NCBI GenBank assembly: GCA_963796965.1
Contig: CAWCNS010000004.1
Coordinates: 96,001-160,000 of the forward strand
Direction of reading: 5' to 3'
From: Calditrichia bacterium
GTDB lineage: Bacteria; Calditrichota; Calditrichia; JAJRVZ01
DNA: 64,000 nucleotides
This document shows positions 34,552-45,696 of the stretch, in pieces (position 1 is the first letter of the stretch; each line of letters starts with the position of its first letter). The notes under the pieces were generated by a model. It saw only the letters and a list, made by a program, of their open reading frames with translations. It was not told the origin of the DNA and did no database searches. Position numbers and translations under genes: made by a program.

Positions 34552-37443
34552 ATGAAGCAGTATCTTCATATATGGATTCTCTCCACGCTCTACGCTCTAC
34601 TCTCTACCGCTTCTTCGCTTCACGGCCAAATCCTCATCCACAAAAATCTCAACGTCGAAGACGGCCTCGTCTACTCCCAGGTCTTATGTGCCTATCAGGA
34701 TCATGATGGATACATGTGGTTTGGTACCAGTAGCGGAATCTCCCGCTGGGATGGCCTTCAGTTTGAAAATTTTCACTCTACAGAAAAGATCCGTTTTGAC
34801 AATGTAAAACTTATCACAGAGTCCAAAATAGGAAATCTCGTCATCGTAACACGCCACGGGGTTCTGAATTATAAAGAAGGGGTTTTCAGTCCACTGGAAA
34901 ATCAACCCAGTGAATTAGAAAATTGGATCGAGCAGGCTGTTAAATTAAATGATGGTTTGATTTATCTTGCTGATCAGGACTCCTGCCTCTGGCAATTTGA
35001 TGGCCAATATTTTAAAGAAGTCAGCCCAAAGGGTTGTCCTGTCGGTATGAAAATCCTCAGTCTAGGCATGGCACCAAATAGAACTTTGCTCATGGGAACA
35101 AAAAATAATGGTTTGATTTCTATGAGGGCAAAAAAGATAAATAAAGACTATATACCCCCGGCCCATCAACCAGCAAATATTTCATGGATACATACATCAT
35201 CTAATGGAAATATCTACCTGGCAACCAAGGGATCGGGACTATATATATATGATGGCCATTCAATGAATCAAATTTCGTCTTCTGACGGTTTGCCGGGACG
35301 GGTAATCAATCATTTCTGGGAGAGTGAAAAGGGCATTGTCTATATCGCCACTGATGAAGGGGTAGCCTTATTATCCGAAGGAAAAATAGTGAAAACGATT
35401 TCAGTGGAAAATGGTTTGGCAAATAGTTTCGTTTGGTATATCACTGCTGACCATCAGGGAAATATATATTTTTGTACGGATGGTGGGGGTGTTTCCCAAT
35501 ACCAGCCTGGTGTTTATCGGACATATAATACTAAGACAGGCTTACCGGATAATACGGTGTGGTGTATCAGAGAAACTAATCCGGCTGAATATTATTTTGC
35601 AACGGATAATGGCGTGGCAGTTCTTAAAGATGATAAAATACATACCATTACTACAGATCAAGGGCTTTCTGATAATATGGTTATTACCATTCAATCCTCA
35701 GATGATGGTACTCTTTTTCTAGGCACCAGTGATCATGGTGTTGATATCTTTCGTAATGATAAATTCGAAAATCTTAATCAAAGCAATGGATTAACAAGCA
35801 ATTCAGTATGGTCGATCACAAAAGATAGTGAAAATCGATTTTATTTGGGTACCTATGATGGCGGAATTTGTGTTTATCAGGGGGGACAGATCATTGACAC
35901 AATAAACACAAGGGATGGGCTGGCTAATGACTATATTGTTTCTGCTTATACAAGCCCTGATGGAATAAATTATTTCGGTTTGGATAATGGGGGTGTCTTT
36001 GCTGTGGAAAATGGCCGTCTAAACACAAAAAAGATTTATTTACCAGGATTGACAGTTTGGTCAATTCACCAGAACGGTTCGGGAAATTTATATTTTGGGA
36101 CTGATAAAAATGGTTTGATCTATTTTACCCCATCGGGGAGAGATACGCTAACCATTGCTGATGGGTTATCTAATAATTGCATATTAGGCATAATGGAAGG
36201 TAAACAGGGTCTACTGTATCTGACCACTGATAACGGTGTCAATATTGTGGATCTCTCAAAAAAGCCTGCAAAGATTCGTCTTATCACAAATGATGATGGT
36301 TTAGCCAGTAGGGAATGCAACCAGGGGGCCTATTTTAAAGATAGCCGGGAGCGATTGTGGATCGGAACAATCCGGGGGGTAACCTGCTATGATCCTTCTT
36401 TAGATTCTCCAATAATATCAGATCTCCCAACACATATTACAGGGATGAGTGTTTTTGATTGGAAGATTCCCCTGACAACAAATCATATTTCAAAACCTTT
36501 TAAATATCACGAGAATTATATAAAGTTTAATTTCATAGGAATTGACCTGAAATCGGCAAATAAAGTGCATTATCGGTATCGAATGAATAATTCGGATTCA
36601 GAGTGGATAGGTACAGATTATCCCCAGGTACAATTTGCCAATCTGGAGGATGATACTTATCATTTTGAGGTTCAATCCAGCAATGACTGGGGTGTTTGGG
36701 GGGAGACAGCCCATGTAACTTTTTCAATATTACCCCCATTTTGGTCTACCTGGTGGTTCCGTACATTAATTATTTTAATTGTGGTCGGTGTGACCGCGAT
36801 GCTTATATATTTCCGTATTCGTCAGTTACTGGCTGTGGAACGAATTCGTGCTAAAATTGCTGCAGATCTTCATGATGACATTGGTGCCGGCCTTTCAGAA
36901 ATTAATATCCTAACCGCTGTGGCGGAAGCGAAAACACCGGTGGAGGTAAAGGAACATACTAAAAATGAATTGGCTCGAATTGGTAAAACGGCCGGTCAGT
37001 TAATCGACAGTATGAGTGATATTGTGTGGTTGGTAAACCCGAAAAAAGATTCTATGACAGATCTCGTCACCAGATTGAAGGATATTTTTAATGATTTGCT
37101 TGATGCCAAAGGTATTACCTTTAATAATGAGAATATGCATTTGTTGACAAAAATAAGGTTAAATATGGAGCACCGTCAATTTATATTTCTGATCTTTAAA
37201 GAAGCACTAAACAATGCCCTGAAATACAGTAATTGTACTGTCGTCGATTTTAAAGTTTTAACCGAGAAAAGTCGTCTGAAAATAATTCTTGCTGATAATG
37301 GCACCGGTTTTGATTTGGATAATCATAAAGATGGAAACGGACTTAAAAACATGCGGGAAAGAGCAAATAAAATAAACGGAAACCTAGATATTGAAAGCCG
37401 TCCGGGAAAGGGAACAAAACTTATCTTTACAGGGAAGATTTAA
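34552..37443 (+). CDS. Sensor histidine kinase, beta-propeller/Y_Y_Y + HisKA_3 + HATPase
   Basis: DGL..N repeats, PPFWSTWWF, IAADLHDDIGAGLS, EALNNALKYS, DNGTGF, GNGLKNMRERA. Confidence 0.95.
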   Translation: MKQYLHIWILSTLYALLSTASSLHGQILIHKNLNVEDGLVYSQVLCAYQDHDGYMWFGTSSGISRWDGLQFENFHSTEKIRFDNVKLITESKIGNLVIVTRHGVLNYKEGVFSPLENQPSELENWIEQAVKLNDGLIYLADQDSCLWQFDGQYFKEVSPKGCPVGMKILSLGMAPNRTLLMGTKNNGLISMRAKKINKDYIPPAHQPANISWIHTSSNGNIYLATKGSGLYIYDGHSMNQISSSDGLPGRVINHFWESEKGIVYIATDEGVALLSEGKIVKTISVENGLANSFVWYITADHQGNIYFCTDGGGVSQYQPGVYRTYNTKTGLPDNTVWCIRETNPAEYYFATDNGVAVLKDDKIHTITTDQGLSDNMVITIQSSDDGTLFLGTSDHGVDIFRNDKFENLNQSNGLTSNSVWSITKDSENRFYLGTYDGGICVYQGGQIIDTINTRDGLANDYIVSAYTSPDGINYFGLDNGGVFAVENGRLNTKKIYLPGLTVWSIHQNGSGNLYFGTDKNGLIYFTPSGRDTLTIADGLSNNCILGIMEGKQGLLYLTTDNGVNIVDLSKKPAKIRLITNDDGLASRECNQGAYFKDSRERLWIGTIRGVTCYDPSLDSPIISDLPTHITGMSVFDWKIPLTTNHISKPFKYHENYIKFNFIGIDLKSANKVHYRYRMNNSDSEWIGTDYPQVQFANLEDDTYHFEVQSSNDWGVWGETAHVTFSILPPFWSTWWFRTLIILIVVGVTAMLIYFRIRQLLAVERIRAKIAADLHDDIGAGLSEINILTAVAEAKTPVEVKEHTKNELARIGKTAGQLIDSMSDIVWLVNPKKDSMTDLVTRLKDIFNDLLDAKGITFNNENMHLLTKIRLNMEHRQFIFLIFKEALNNALKYSNCTVVDFKVLTEKSRLKIILADNGTGFDLDNHKDGNGLKNMRERANKINGNLDIESRPGKGTKLIFTGKI

Positions 37444-37564
37444 GATCCCTCCTCATCTTACACAAACGGCAATTATTTGAAATATGAAAAATTGTTTCAA
37501 ATTAATTTGAATTAAAGAATTAGAAAATTTAATAACCTGTATAACTTGAATTGAGTATTTTTAT

Positions 37565-37588
37565 TCGCTCGCATGATCATGCGAGCGA
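37565..37588. repeat. Perfect 24-bp palindrome between the kinase and regulator genes
   Basis: tcgctcgcatgatcatgcgagcga is its own reverse complement. Confidence 0.8.
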
Positions 37589-37780
37589 CATTTTGATTGT
37601 GATCACATACTTATAGTGCATAAATAAATGTAGTATATACTTATGTTTGCTGCATAGTGCCGGGAGCATGGCGCCTATTTTTGAAGGGCAATGTTCTTTA
37701 CTCTATGCCAATCTTTTTGTGGCTGGAATTGTATCACGGAAGCTATTTTATCGTTTATAAAGATTACTAGGGAGATAGAA

Positions 37781-38419
37781 ATGATAAAGGTCGTTATAAC
37801 TGAAGATAATGTAACAATTCGAGAAGGTCTGGCGCTATTAATAAATGCAACAGAGGGAATGATCTGTCTTGCCCAATATGGAAGCTGTGAAGAAATGCTG
37901 GCCGATATTGGAAATCATCAACCCAATGTTATTGTTCAGGATATTGGGTTACCGGGAATGTGTGGCATTGATGGCGTAAAGGAATTACGAAAAATCCTTC
38001 CGGAGGTGGTAATATTAATGCTCACTGTATATGAAAATGAGGAGAATGTCTTTGACTCGCTGCAGGCAGGTGCCAGTGGTTATCTGTTGAAGAAAACTTC
38101 TCCTGCACAACTTATTGATTCTATTAAAGATGCCCACAATGGCGGTTCGCCCATGAGCTCGAATATTGCCCGAAAAGTTGTTTCCTTTTTTAGCATGGGC
38201 AAAAAGCCAGCGGCTAAAAATGAATCAAATCTTACGGAAAGAGAAATTGAGATTCTTAATAGCCTGGCTGAGGGAAACAGTTACAAAATAACTGCAGAAA
38301 AACTCTTTATCAGTATAGATACGGTAAGAACGTATATCCGAAGTATCTATAAAAAACTTCATGTTCATTCCCAATCGGGCGCTGTCGCCAAGGCCATTAA
38401 AAACGGGCTTATCTCTTAA
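37781..38419 (+). CDS. NarL/LuxR-family response regulator
   Basis: GGAG RBS before MIKVVITED; DIGLPG, GASGYLLK, LTEREIEIL, IYKKLHV. Confidence 0.95.
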   Translation: MIKVVITEDNVTIREGLALLINATEGMICLAQYGSCEEMLADIGNHQPNVIVQDIGLPGMCGIDGVKELRKILPEVVILMLTVYENEENVFDSLQAGASGYLLKKTSPAQLIDSIKDAHNGGSPMSSNIARKVVSFFSMGKKPAAKNESNLTEREIEILNSLAEGNSYKITAEKLFISIDTVRTYIRSIYKKLHVHSQSGAVAKAIKNGLIS

Positions 38420-38424
38420 AGATA

Positions 38425-38466
38425 GTCCACTAATTACACGAATTAAAAACGAATTTCACGAATTAA
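38425..38466. repeat. CCAC(G/T)AATTACAC family arm
   Basis: gtccactaattacacgaattaaaaacgaatttcacgaatt, 5 bp after the stop. Confidence 0.75.
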
Positions 38467-38623
38467 TAAAAAAACAAGACATTTAATTTTACCGCTCATC
38501 ATCTAGGCAAATCCACAATTCTAATTTCTAAATTAACTAAACCTACATTTCAAATGTGTATATATTAATCAATTGGAATTTGATAGAATTTGTGATGGAA
38601 TTGAGTATTGAAGGGAAGAGTGT

Positions 38624-38694
38624 AAAAACAAAGCCGCAAAGATTGTGTTGGACTTGGGGTCTCGCTTGTGGTAAGGCGAACTTTACGGCTTTGT
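38624..38694 (-). terminator. Long stem with inner hairpin followed by a U-tract; terminator or small structured RNA
   Basis: Minus strand ACAAAGCCGUAAAG...CUUUGCGGCUUUGU-UUUU; the single non-WC pair is a U-G wobble only on the minus strand. Confidence 0.5.
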
Positions 38695-38959
38695 GAATGG
38701 AATTAATGAGCACCTGAAGAGTAAACTGATATCAGGCTTGTTTCATCCAATCTCCTTATATGACATTACCCGATCTTCCTGGTTAGGTCAGGAATATCTT
38801 TATCTGTTTGCGATGACCTATCGACATATGCTTAGACACGGCGTATAAATCATGCGTTAGAAAAAAGAATTGATCAGATAGTTGATTGCCAAGCACATAC
38901 AATAATATAAAGAGGTCAGATATAAAAGTTTAAGAAATTTGACCTGCAGTGTCAACAAT

Positions 38960-39066
38960 TTTAAGACAAAAGATTAAAGATTAAAGACAAAAGAGAAAAA
39001 GCAGGGGAGCATAGAGCCTGGCGCAAAGCGATCAATACTAAATCGCTCTGCGCGCTGCGCTTTGCT
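38960..39066. repeat. Heptamer tracts and GCGCAAAGCG/CGCTTTGC inverted repeat
   Basis: aagacaa aagatta aagatta aagacaa; agagcctggcgcaaagcgat...atcgctctgcgcgctgcgctttgc. Confidence 0.7.
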
Positions 39067-39098
39067 TTTTTCGTCTATCGAATGGAAAATTTTTTGGT

Positions 39099-39770
39099 CT
39101 AAAAATATACAGATAGAATAAGTGCCCCAGAGGATTCTAACCCAATACCCGTTATACTACCCTGTCTATTCGTGACCGTTGTGTTGCCCTGGGTGAATTC
39201 TTCATCTTTTCTTGACACGGAGGCATAACCTAAACGATACTCCGCTGCAAGGCTCAGGTTCTTAATAATGAATACCTCCACACCGAGAATTCCGAATATG
39301 GTAAATTCTGTTCCGCCATAATAGCCAAATTCACCATCCTCATCGTTTTTTACTGTAAACTGGTTTGTAAGATTATCAGCAGTCGATTTATATTCTGTTG
39401 AGGTTACAGCGAAACCAACACCTCCTCCGATATAAGGATTAACTCGGGATGTGTCAAAATGGAATTCAACTGCAGCAGAAATTCCAAAACGGTTTGCTTT
39501 TCTTTTTCCATCAATACCATTATCACCATCATAGGGTATGTTCTCATTAAGATCCATGAATTGCAAACTACCCCGGATGGCTAACTTATTATCTATAAAA
39601 TACTTCCCACCAAGTCCTCCGTTAAAAGAGCCCGCCCCCAGATCAGCCAAACCGCTAAACTCGAATAACAAGGCCTTAGAACCTTTTTGAAAATAGCCCG
39701 TGCTCTCCTGGGCAGAAGAAATCGAAACCAGAAAGACGGAGATTATTATAATTAAAGTAAAGTGTTTCAT
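39099..39770 (-). CDS. Outer-membrane beta-barrel protein
   Basis: GGAGG RBS, signal peptide, amphipathic strands (VNPYIGGGVGF, LSLAAEYRLGY), C-terminal VYF. Confidence 0.85.
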   Translation of the reverse strand: MKHFTLIIIISVFLVSISSAQESTGYFQKGSKALLFEFSGLADLGAGSFNGGLGGKYFIDNKLAIRGSLQFMDLNENIPYDGDNGIDGKRKANRFGISAAVEFHFDTSRVNPYIGGGVGFAVTSTEYKSTADNLTNQFTVKNDEDGEFGYYGGTEFTIFGILGVEVFIIKNLSLAAEYRLGYASVSRKDEEFTQGNTTVTNRQGSITGIGLESSGALILSVYF

Positions 39771-39845
39771 AAGACCTCCCTACATAGTAATGATAATATT
39801 TATTTACACAAAAAGGTAAAGACGATTTATAGGCCTATATCTGAA

Positions 39846-39940
39846 GTCATCCCGTAAGGATCTTCCTGGGTGAAGTTAAATGCGACATGGGGAAGGATTC
39901 CTAGCCTGAGACGAGATCCCGTTCCGGGACGTAATGACAA
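39846..39940 (-). repeat. Composite GTCATT...GGATGAC element, copy 2 (inverted)
   Basis: Reverse complement ttgtcattacgtcccggaacgggatctcgtctcaggctaggaatcc...gaagatccttacgggatgac matches 43048-43143. Confidence 0.85.
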
Positions 39941-39987
39941 AATAGATTTTTTTTACCTTTGTGTAAGGTTATTGTTACAGAATCAAA

Positions 39988-40942
39988 TTAATCATTCAAC
40001 TTGAAGTGCAATTCCCGGTCTGTAATTTGTGCTGTGGTGTAAGGTTTATATTCAATAGGATAGCCAACCTCCCAGGGAGAGGGGCCTGCATATTCGGATT
40101 GACGGCCTTTTATTTTTATAATACCTTTTGTCGAAATAGTGACGACTGCAAAAAGAGGGTCTTTATAAGGTGCTGTATACTTGATCCACTTAAAATTTTT
40201 ATCCACTTCTTCGCTGTAGCGAATATGAGCGTATTCTTCACCCAGCCATTTATATGACATGGAATTAATAGAGATATACCAGATTCCATTTACCTCCTCA
40301 GCCCAATCGTTATGTGTGTGACCGTTAAAACTGGCGATTATTTTATTGTTTTTCATCTGTAAGGTTGTGACTTTCCAGAATGGATCGTATTTCATCGGCG
40401 TTATCGATGGCCTCAGGCGGTCCGATAGCCTGGTGTGAAAAAAGAATCACCGGTAATCTGGCCTCTTTCAGTTCTTCCTTGAGCCACTTTTGTTGTTCGG
40501 GTCCGATATATGAGCGGTAACCTTTCTGGTCGGGAGACTTTTTATCGTTTCCATCCAGAACAATAAACAAAAAGCCATTTTGTTTGAATTTATAATAAGA
40601 AGATGTCATATTCCTATAGTCCAGGGCTTTGGCCATTGACGTACCGCCATCCATCTCGTGATTGCCAATTACGTGGTACTTTTTACCTGGATAGGCGTTC
40701 CAGATATCAAAAAGATGGTGGTATTTTTCATGTGGGATACCGAAGTCCCCTAATTCAATGATAAAATCCGGCTGGGTAAGTTTCATACTTTCGATAAATG
40801 TGGTTATTCTATGTTCTGAATCATGCATTGTGGGCAAATGAACATCAGCACAAATTCCAAAGGTAACATTCTTTTCAGCCTTTTCACTGGTACAACTCAA
40901 AAAGGAAATTAATACAAGTGAGATAAATATAATTTTATACAT
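39988..40942 (-). CDS. Calcineurin-like metallophosphoesterase lipoprotein (one frameshift)
   Basis: LSC lipobox; ADVH, LGDF, GNHE and FSH in the first fragment, GHTH in the second. Confidence 0.9.
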
Positions 40943-41051
40943 ATTGTTTTCCTGTCATTTATGATTAAGTTAAATATAATGTTTAGCAAACCGAATTGAA
41001 ATAAAAAGTGTGACTTGGTGTGTTTACTGTTTAAGAAAAAGGAATATTACT

Positions 41052-41125
41052 GGATCTGAGATATGAGATACCAGATGCCCTTGTAGCGTCCTGAATCTCA
41101 TATCCTCTACCCCTTATCTCAAGTC
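41052..41125. repeat. Heptamer inverted repeat
   Basis: gatctga gatatga gatacca gatg pairs with tcctgaa tctcata tcctcta..tctcaag. Confidence 0.6.
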
Positions 41126-41139
41126 TTTATCTTACAAAC

Positions 41140-42993
41140 ATGAATAGAACCAATATAAGATCACGTAATGACTGGCTTCCCACAACCGCAAAAGAAGTGT
41201 ATGCCCGAGGGTGGGATCAGTTAGATGTAATCCTGATTAGCGGAGACGCCTATGTGGATCATCCGGCATTTGGTGCGGCTGTTGTGGGTCGGATCATCGA
41301 AGCAGCTGGTTTGCGTGTTGCTATCGTTGCCCAACCTAACTGGCAGGATGACCTTCGAGATTTTAAAAAGTTGGGCAAGCCACGACTTTTCTTTGGTGTG
41401 ACAGCCGGATGCATGGATTCAATGGTTAACCATTATACGGCCAGTAAACGGCAGCGCTCTACAGATGCCTATACTGCAGGGGGTAAGTCCGGTTTTCGGC
41501 CAGACTATGCAACCACCGTATATACCCAGATTTTAAAAAAAATATACCCTGATATTCCGGTTATCATCGGAGGTATTGAAGCTTCGTTGCGCCGGGTCAC
41601 CCATTATGATTATTGGTCGGACAAACTTAGACCTTCTATTCTAATTGAAAGTGGCGCAGACATGCTTGTATATGGTATGGGTGAAAAGCCATTGCGTGAA
41701 ATTTTAAAACTTCTGGAACGTGGCGTTCCAATTGACTCTCTGCAAACCATTCCACAAACTGTTGTTGCACTTGGCGATGGTCGTGAACTCCCAAAGGTTA
41801 AAAAGTGGCAAACAGTTGAACTCTCATCACATGAATTATGCCTGAATGATAAACTAAAATTTGCCGCTAATTTTAAAAAAATAGAGCAGGAATCGAATAA
41901 ACAATACGCCCGAAGATTAATACAATCAATAAAGGGGAAGACAATCATTATCAATCCCCCTTATCAGACTATGAGTGAAGCAGAAATCGATGCCTCCTTT
42001 GACCTCCCCTATACGCGTATGCCACATCCTAGATATAATAAGAGGGGAATAATCCCAGCATACGAGATGATCCGTCATTCAGTAAATATGCATCGGGGGT
42101 GTTTTGGTGGATGTAGCTTTTGTACAATTTCAGCTCATCAGGGGAAGATGATTGCCAGCCGATCAAAAGAATCTATTTTAAAGGAAGTCGATGAGATCAC
42201 AAAAATGCCTGATTTTAAGGGATATATCAGTGATTTGGGAGGACCATCGGCAAATATGTATAAGATGAAAGGTAAGGACCAGTCTATTTGTGATAAATGT
42301 GTAAGTCCTTCCTGTTTGCATCCCACAATATGTTATAATCTGGATACAAGTCATCAGGCGATGATCGACATTTACCAGGCAGTAGAAAAACATCCGAAGA
42401 TCAAAAAAGCCTTTGTGACCAGTGGGTTGCGTTATGATCTTCTGGTACGCCGCCCCAACAACCAGCATGTAGATCCAAGCCACAAGGCTTATCTTAAACA
42501 ATTAATCACCCACCACGTTTCCGGAAGATTAAAAGTTGCGCCGGAACATACCTCTGACGATACCCTGAAAATTATGCGCAAGCCGTCATTTAAATATTTT
42601 TATGATTTCAAAAAAATTTTTGATCAGATTAGTAAAAAGACCGGCATAAATCAGCACTTGATTCCCTATTTTATTTCCAGTCATCCCGGTTCAACCCTCG
42701 AAAGTATGGCCAACCTGGCCTGTGAAACAAAGACGTTAGGTTTTCATCTGGAACAAGTACAGGATTTTACGCCAACTCCAATGACTGTGGCCACTGTGAT
42801 ATTCTATTCCGGTGTTCACCCCTATTCTTTAAAACCTGTCTATACCGCACGACGGAAAAGAGAGAAAAGAGATCAAAATCGTTTCTTTTTTTGGTATAAA
42901 CCCGAACACCGAGCCTGGATTCGCAAAACGCTTGATGAGATTTATCGCCCCGATCTTTTCAACAAATTGCTTAAATCAAAAACGAAAAACTGA
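41140..42993 (+). CDS. ygiQ: YgiQ (UPF0313) family radical SAM protein
   Basis: SGDAYVDHPAFG, GGIEASLRR..HYDYW, RGCFGGCSFC, DLGGPSANMY, QVQDFTPTPMT. Confidence 0.95.
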   Translation: MNRTNIRSRNDWLPTTAKEVYARGWDQLDVILISGDAYVDHPAFGAAVVGRIIEAAGLRVAIVAQPNWQDDLRDFKKLGKPRLFFGVTAGCMDSMVNHYTASKRQRSTDAYTAGGKSGFRPDYATTVYTQILKKIYPDIPVIIGGIEASLRRVTHYDYWSDKLRPSILIESGADMLVYGMGEKPLREILKLLERGVPIDSLQTIPQTVVALGDGRELPKVKKWQTVELSSHELCLNDKLKFAANFKKIEQESNKQYARRLIQSIKGKTIIINPPYQTMSEAEIDASFDLPYTRMPHPRYNKRGIIPAYEMIRHSVNMHRGCFGGCSFCTISAHQGKMIASRSKESILKEVDEITKMPDFKGYISDLGGPSANMYKMKGKDQSICDKCVSPSCLHPTICYNLDTSHQAMIDIYQAVEKHPKIKKAFVTSGLRYDLLVRRPNNQHVDPSHKAYLKQLITHHVSGRLKVAPEHTSDDTLKIMRKPSFKYFYDFKKIFDQISKKTGINQHLIPYFISSHPGSTLESMANLACETKTLGFHLEQVQDFTPTPMTVATVIFYSGVHPYSLKPVYTARRKREKRDQNRFFFWYKPEHRAWIRKTLDEIYRPDLFNKLLKSKTKN

Positions 42994-43047
42994 TCACCTT
43001 ATATCATATATTTATATTGCAGACACAAAGACATCAATCAATATCTG

Positions 43048-43143
43048 TTGTCATTCCGTCCCGGAACGAGATCCCGTCTCGGGATAGGAATCTTCCCATA
43101 TGTAATGTAGAGATTTGCATCGGAAGATCCCTCCGGGATGACA
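43048..43143 (+). repeat. Composite GTCATT...GGATGAC element, copy 3
   Basis: ttgtcattccgtcccggaacgagatcccgtctcgggataggaatcttccc...gaagatccctccgggatgaca. Confidence 0.85.
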
Positions 43144-43246
43144 TCTGTTTAGAAGTTGAAACAAAATATTCTACTTGTTATTCTGCGAAAAATAAGAAAA
43201 ATTTAACAGATTGAATTATGTATTTTATTAAGCAGGAGAATTAGAA

Positions 43247-44212
43247 ATGAAACGACGTGATGTGTTGAAATCGGGTGCTGCGGCGTTGGCTACATCCGTA
43301 ACAGGAAAATCATCATTGGGAAAGGTCCTGCTCGATACGACTGATTTACCACAATTACCAAAAAGAAAATATACCGAAGGTGTCGATCTCTCAATAATTG
43401 GATTTGGCGGGATTGTTGTTGTTGGAATGGATCAGAAGGATGCAAATCTGACGGTTACCAACTCAATTGAAGCGGGCGTTAATTATTTTGATGTGGCGCC
43501 TTCCTACTGGGATGGTGAAGCAGAGGAAAAATTGGGTAAAGCGATACAGCCATTTAGAAAGGAAATTTTTTTGGCCTGCAAAACAACCGAACGAGATGCT
43601 AAAGGTTCACAGAAAGAGTTGGATATTTCCTTAAAACGGGTTGGAGTGGATCATTTTGACCTCTATCAATTTCATGCTGTTACAGACATAGATGAAGTTG
43701 AAAAAATTTTGGGTCCAAATGGTGCCGCAGAGACTTTCATAAAGGCACAAAAAGAAGGAAAGATTCGCTTTATCGGTTTTTCTGCCCATACAGAAGATGC
43801 AGCGATAGCATTATTAGACAGGTTTGAGATCAATTCAGTGTTATTTCCAATAAATTATGTCTGTTTTGCTCAGGGCGATTTTGGTCCTCGGATTATGAAA
43901 AAAGCAAAAGAAAAAGGTGTTGCCAGGTTAGCTTTAAAAGCCCTTGCCTATACTCCCAGAGAAGATGAGAATGGCACAAATTGCCCTAAGCGTAAGCATT
44001 GGTATGAGCCTGTTGGAAATGAATTGTTGGCAAAGAAAGCATTGAGATTTACACTATCTCAGGATATTACTGCGGCCATACCACCAGGAGATGAGAATTT
44101 GTACTGGATGGCTCTCGGAATTGCCCGGAAATTTTCACCAATGACGGTAAGCGAGCAGAATGAGCTGTTGGCCTCTACCAATGGCTTACAACCATTATTT
44201 TCTCAAAAATAA
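43247..44212 (+). CDS. Aldo/keto reductase with Tat signal
   Basis: MKRRDVLK; LSIIGFGG, NYFDVAPSY, FLACKT, DHFDLYQFH, GKIRFIGFSAH. Confidence 0.92.
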   Translation: MKRRDVLKSGAAALATSVTGKSSLGKVLLDTTDLPQLPKRKYTEGVDLSIIGFGGIVVVGMDQKDANLTVTNSIEAGVNYFDVAPSYWDGEAEEKLGKAIQPFRKEIFLACKTTERDAKGSQKELDISLKRVGVDHFDLYQFHAVTDIDEVEKILGPNGAAETFIKAQKEGKIRFIGFSAHTEDAAIALLDRFEINSVLFPINYVCFAQGDFGPRIMKKAKEKGVARLALKALAYTPREDENGTNCPKRKHWYEPVGNELLAKKALRFTLSQDITAAIPPGDENLYWMALGIARKFSPMTVSEQNELLASTNGLQPLFSQK

Positions 44213-45696
44213 GCATCTACAAAATTTCTTTCCGAGGGAGCCCTTTGAAGGAATAGTACGGTTTGTCTTCCACAATGGCCAAAGTTCCTCATCGTCTGAA
44301 ACCCCGTTTGTATTATTTCTCCCGGGAAGAAAAAATTGCAGTAATGGATGATACCCCATTGTGGTTGACCATGTTCTGACATTACGTAATATGCGCACAG
44401 CTGACGAAACAGAGACACTTCTTGATTCCGGTACTTTTCTCAGTACAAATATTGAAACAATTCGCATGAGTGCTGATAATAAAAAAACAGCTTTAAAAAC
44501 AGAATTCCACTAAAGGGCAGAAATATCAACCATGATTTCATTTGCATAGCAAACAAACCACCACTGATTGCACCAAGTCCAGCGGCTACGCCATTAGCCA
44601 TGGACCACAGAGCGATGAACATAGAATTGTTCTGCCGTGGAGCCATTTCAAAAATCATATTAATTGAACAGAGATTATATCCGGCAAAGAAAAAACCACC
44701 CGCCATGTGAAGCAATGGTATCAGGATTATAACTGATAGGGCAGAGGTTCCTGTAAATAGCCATATAAGTGGAAAAATACTGGCCGTAGCCGCAGTAATA
44801 ATTATGACAGGTCGGTTGCCATGAGCATCAGAAAAATTTCCCCAAAATCCCATGCCGATTAAATCCGCAAGAGCAGAGCAGATAATAACAGTACTAACCA
44901 ATGTGTAAGAGAGATCGAGGTCTCTGAGCATGTATACAATATAGAATGGAGAAGCAAAATTTACGGCAAAAGACCATATGGTACCGAATCGTAACATCCT
45001 TTTAAACGGAACATGTTTGAGTGGTTGAGAAAATATCGATTTTATAGAAATGGTTTTGGTGGCAGGCTCCTCCATATCCGGTTGTCTAGATAAAAGAGTT
45101 AAACTGATCATACCGGCAATTATTGCTATACTAAAAATTATAAGGAATGAGTAGGATTCTGAATAGCAAGGATAATTTAATTTGTACCAATCTAGAAAAT
45201 ATCCACCAATTATTGTTGCTAATATAGTGATGATACCGAGTAGGCTGTTTCGTAATCCAAAAAACCGGCCGCGTATAATTGGTGGAACAAGATTTGAAAT
45301 CCATGATAACCAGGCTACACCGGCAAGCGAACCTATTATATGATGAATAATGATAAATCCAATGAGTAGCATTAAAAGCAGGCTTTTATCATAGTCAAAA
45401 AATAAAATAATCAGGATAACGATTGGTACCCACATAATCCGTGAGACAAAAGCATATAAGAGAGCGATTTTTTTCCGTTTTTTGTATCGTTCAACCAAAA
45501 TGGATCCAATGATTTGTGCGATTGTGCTAAAAAAAGGAATCGATGCTAATACTCCAATTGTAAAATCATTGGCCATTAATAAAAGAACAAATGCGGGAAG
45601 AAAAATACTTCCTGTAAAATTGGCATATAAGTGAGCAAATATTCCTTCGGCAATTGAATATTTTAATCCTTTTTGTATTTCAGTGTTTGTGAGCAT
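44195..45696 (-). CDS. MFS transporter (frameshift near the 3' end)
   Basis: About 11-12 hydrophobic helices, RGRFFGLRN, WGNFSDAHGNRP; the C-terminus continues in ORF 44195-44467. Confidence 0.88.

Noticed and set aside
38835..38865. attC-like GTTAGAA/TTCTAAC end
   Set aside because: No complementary partner box, cassette array or integrase was found.
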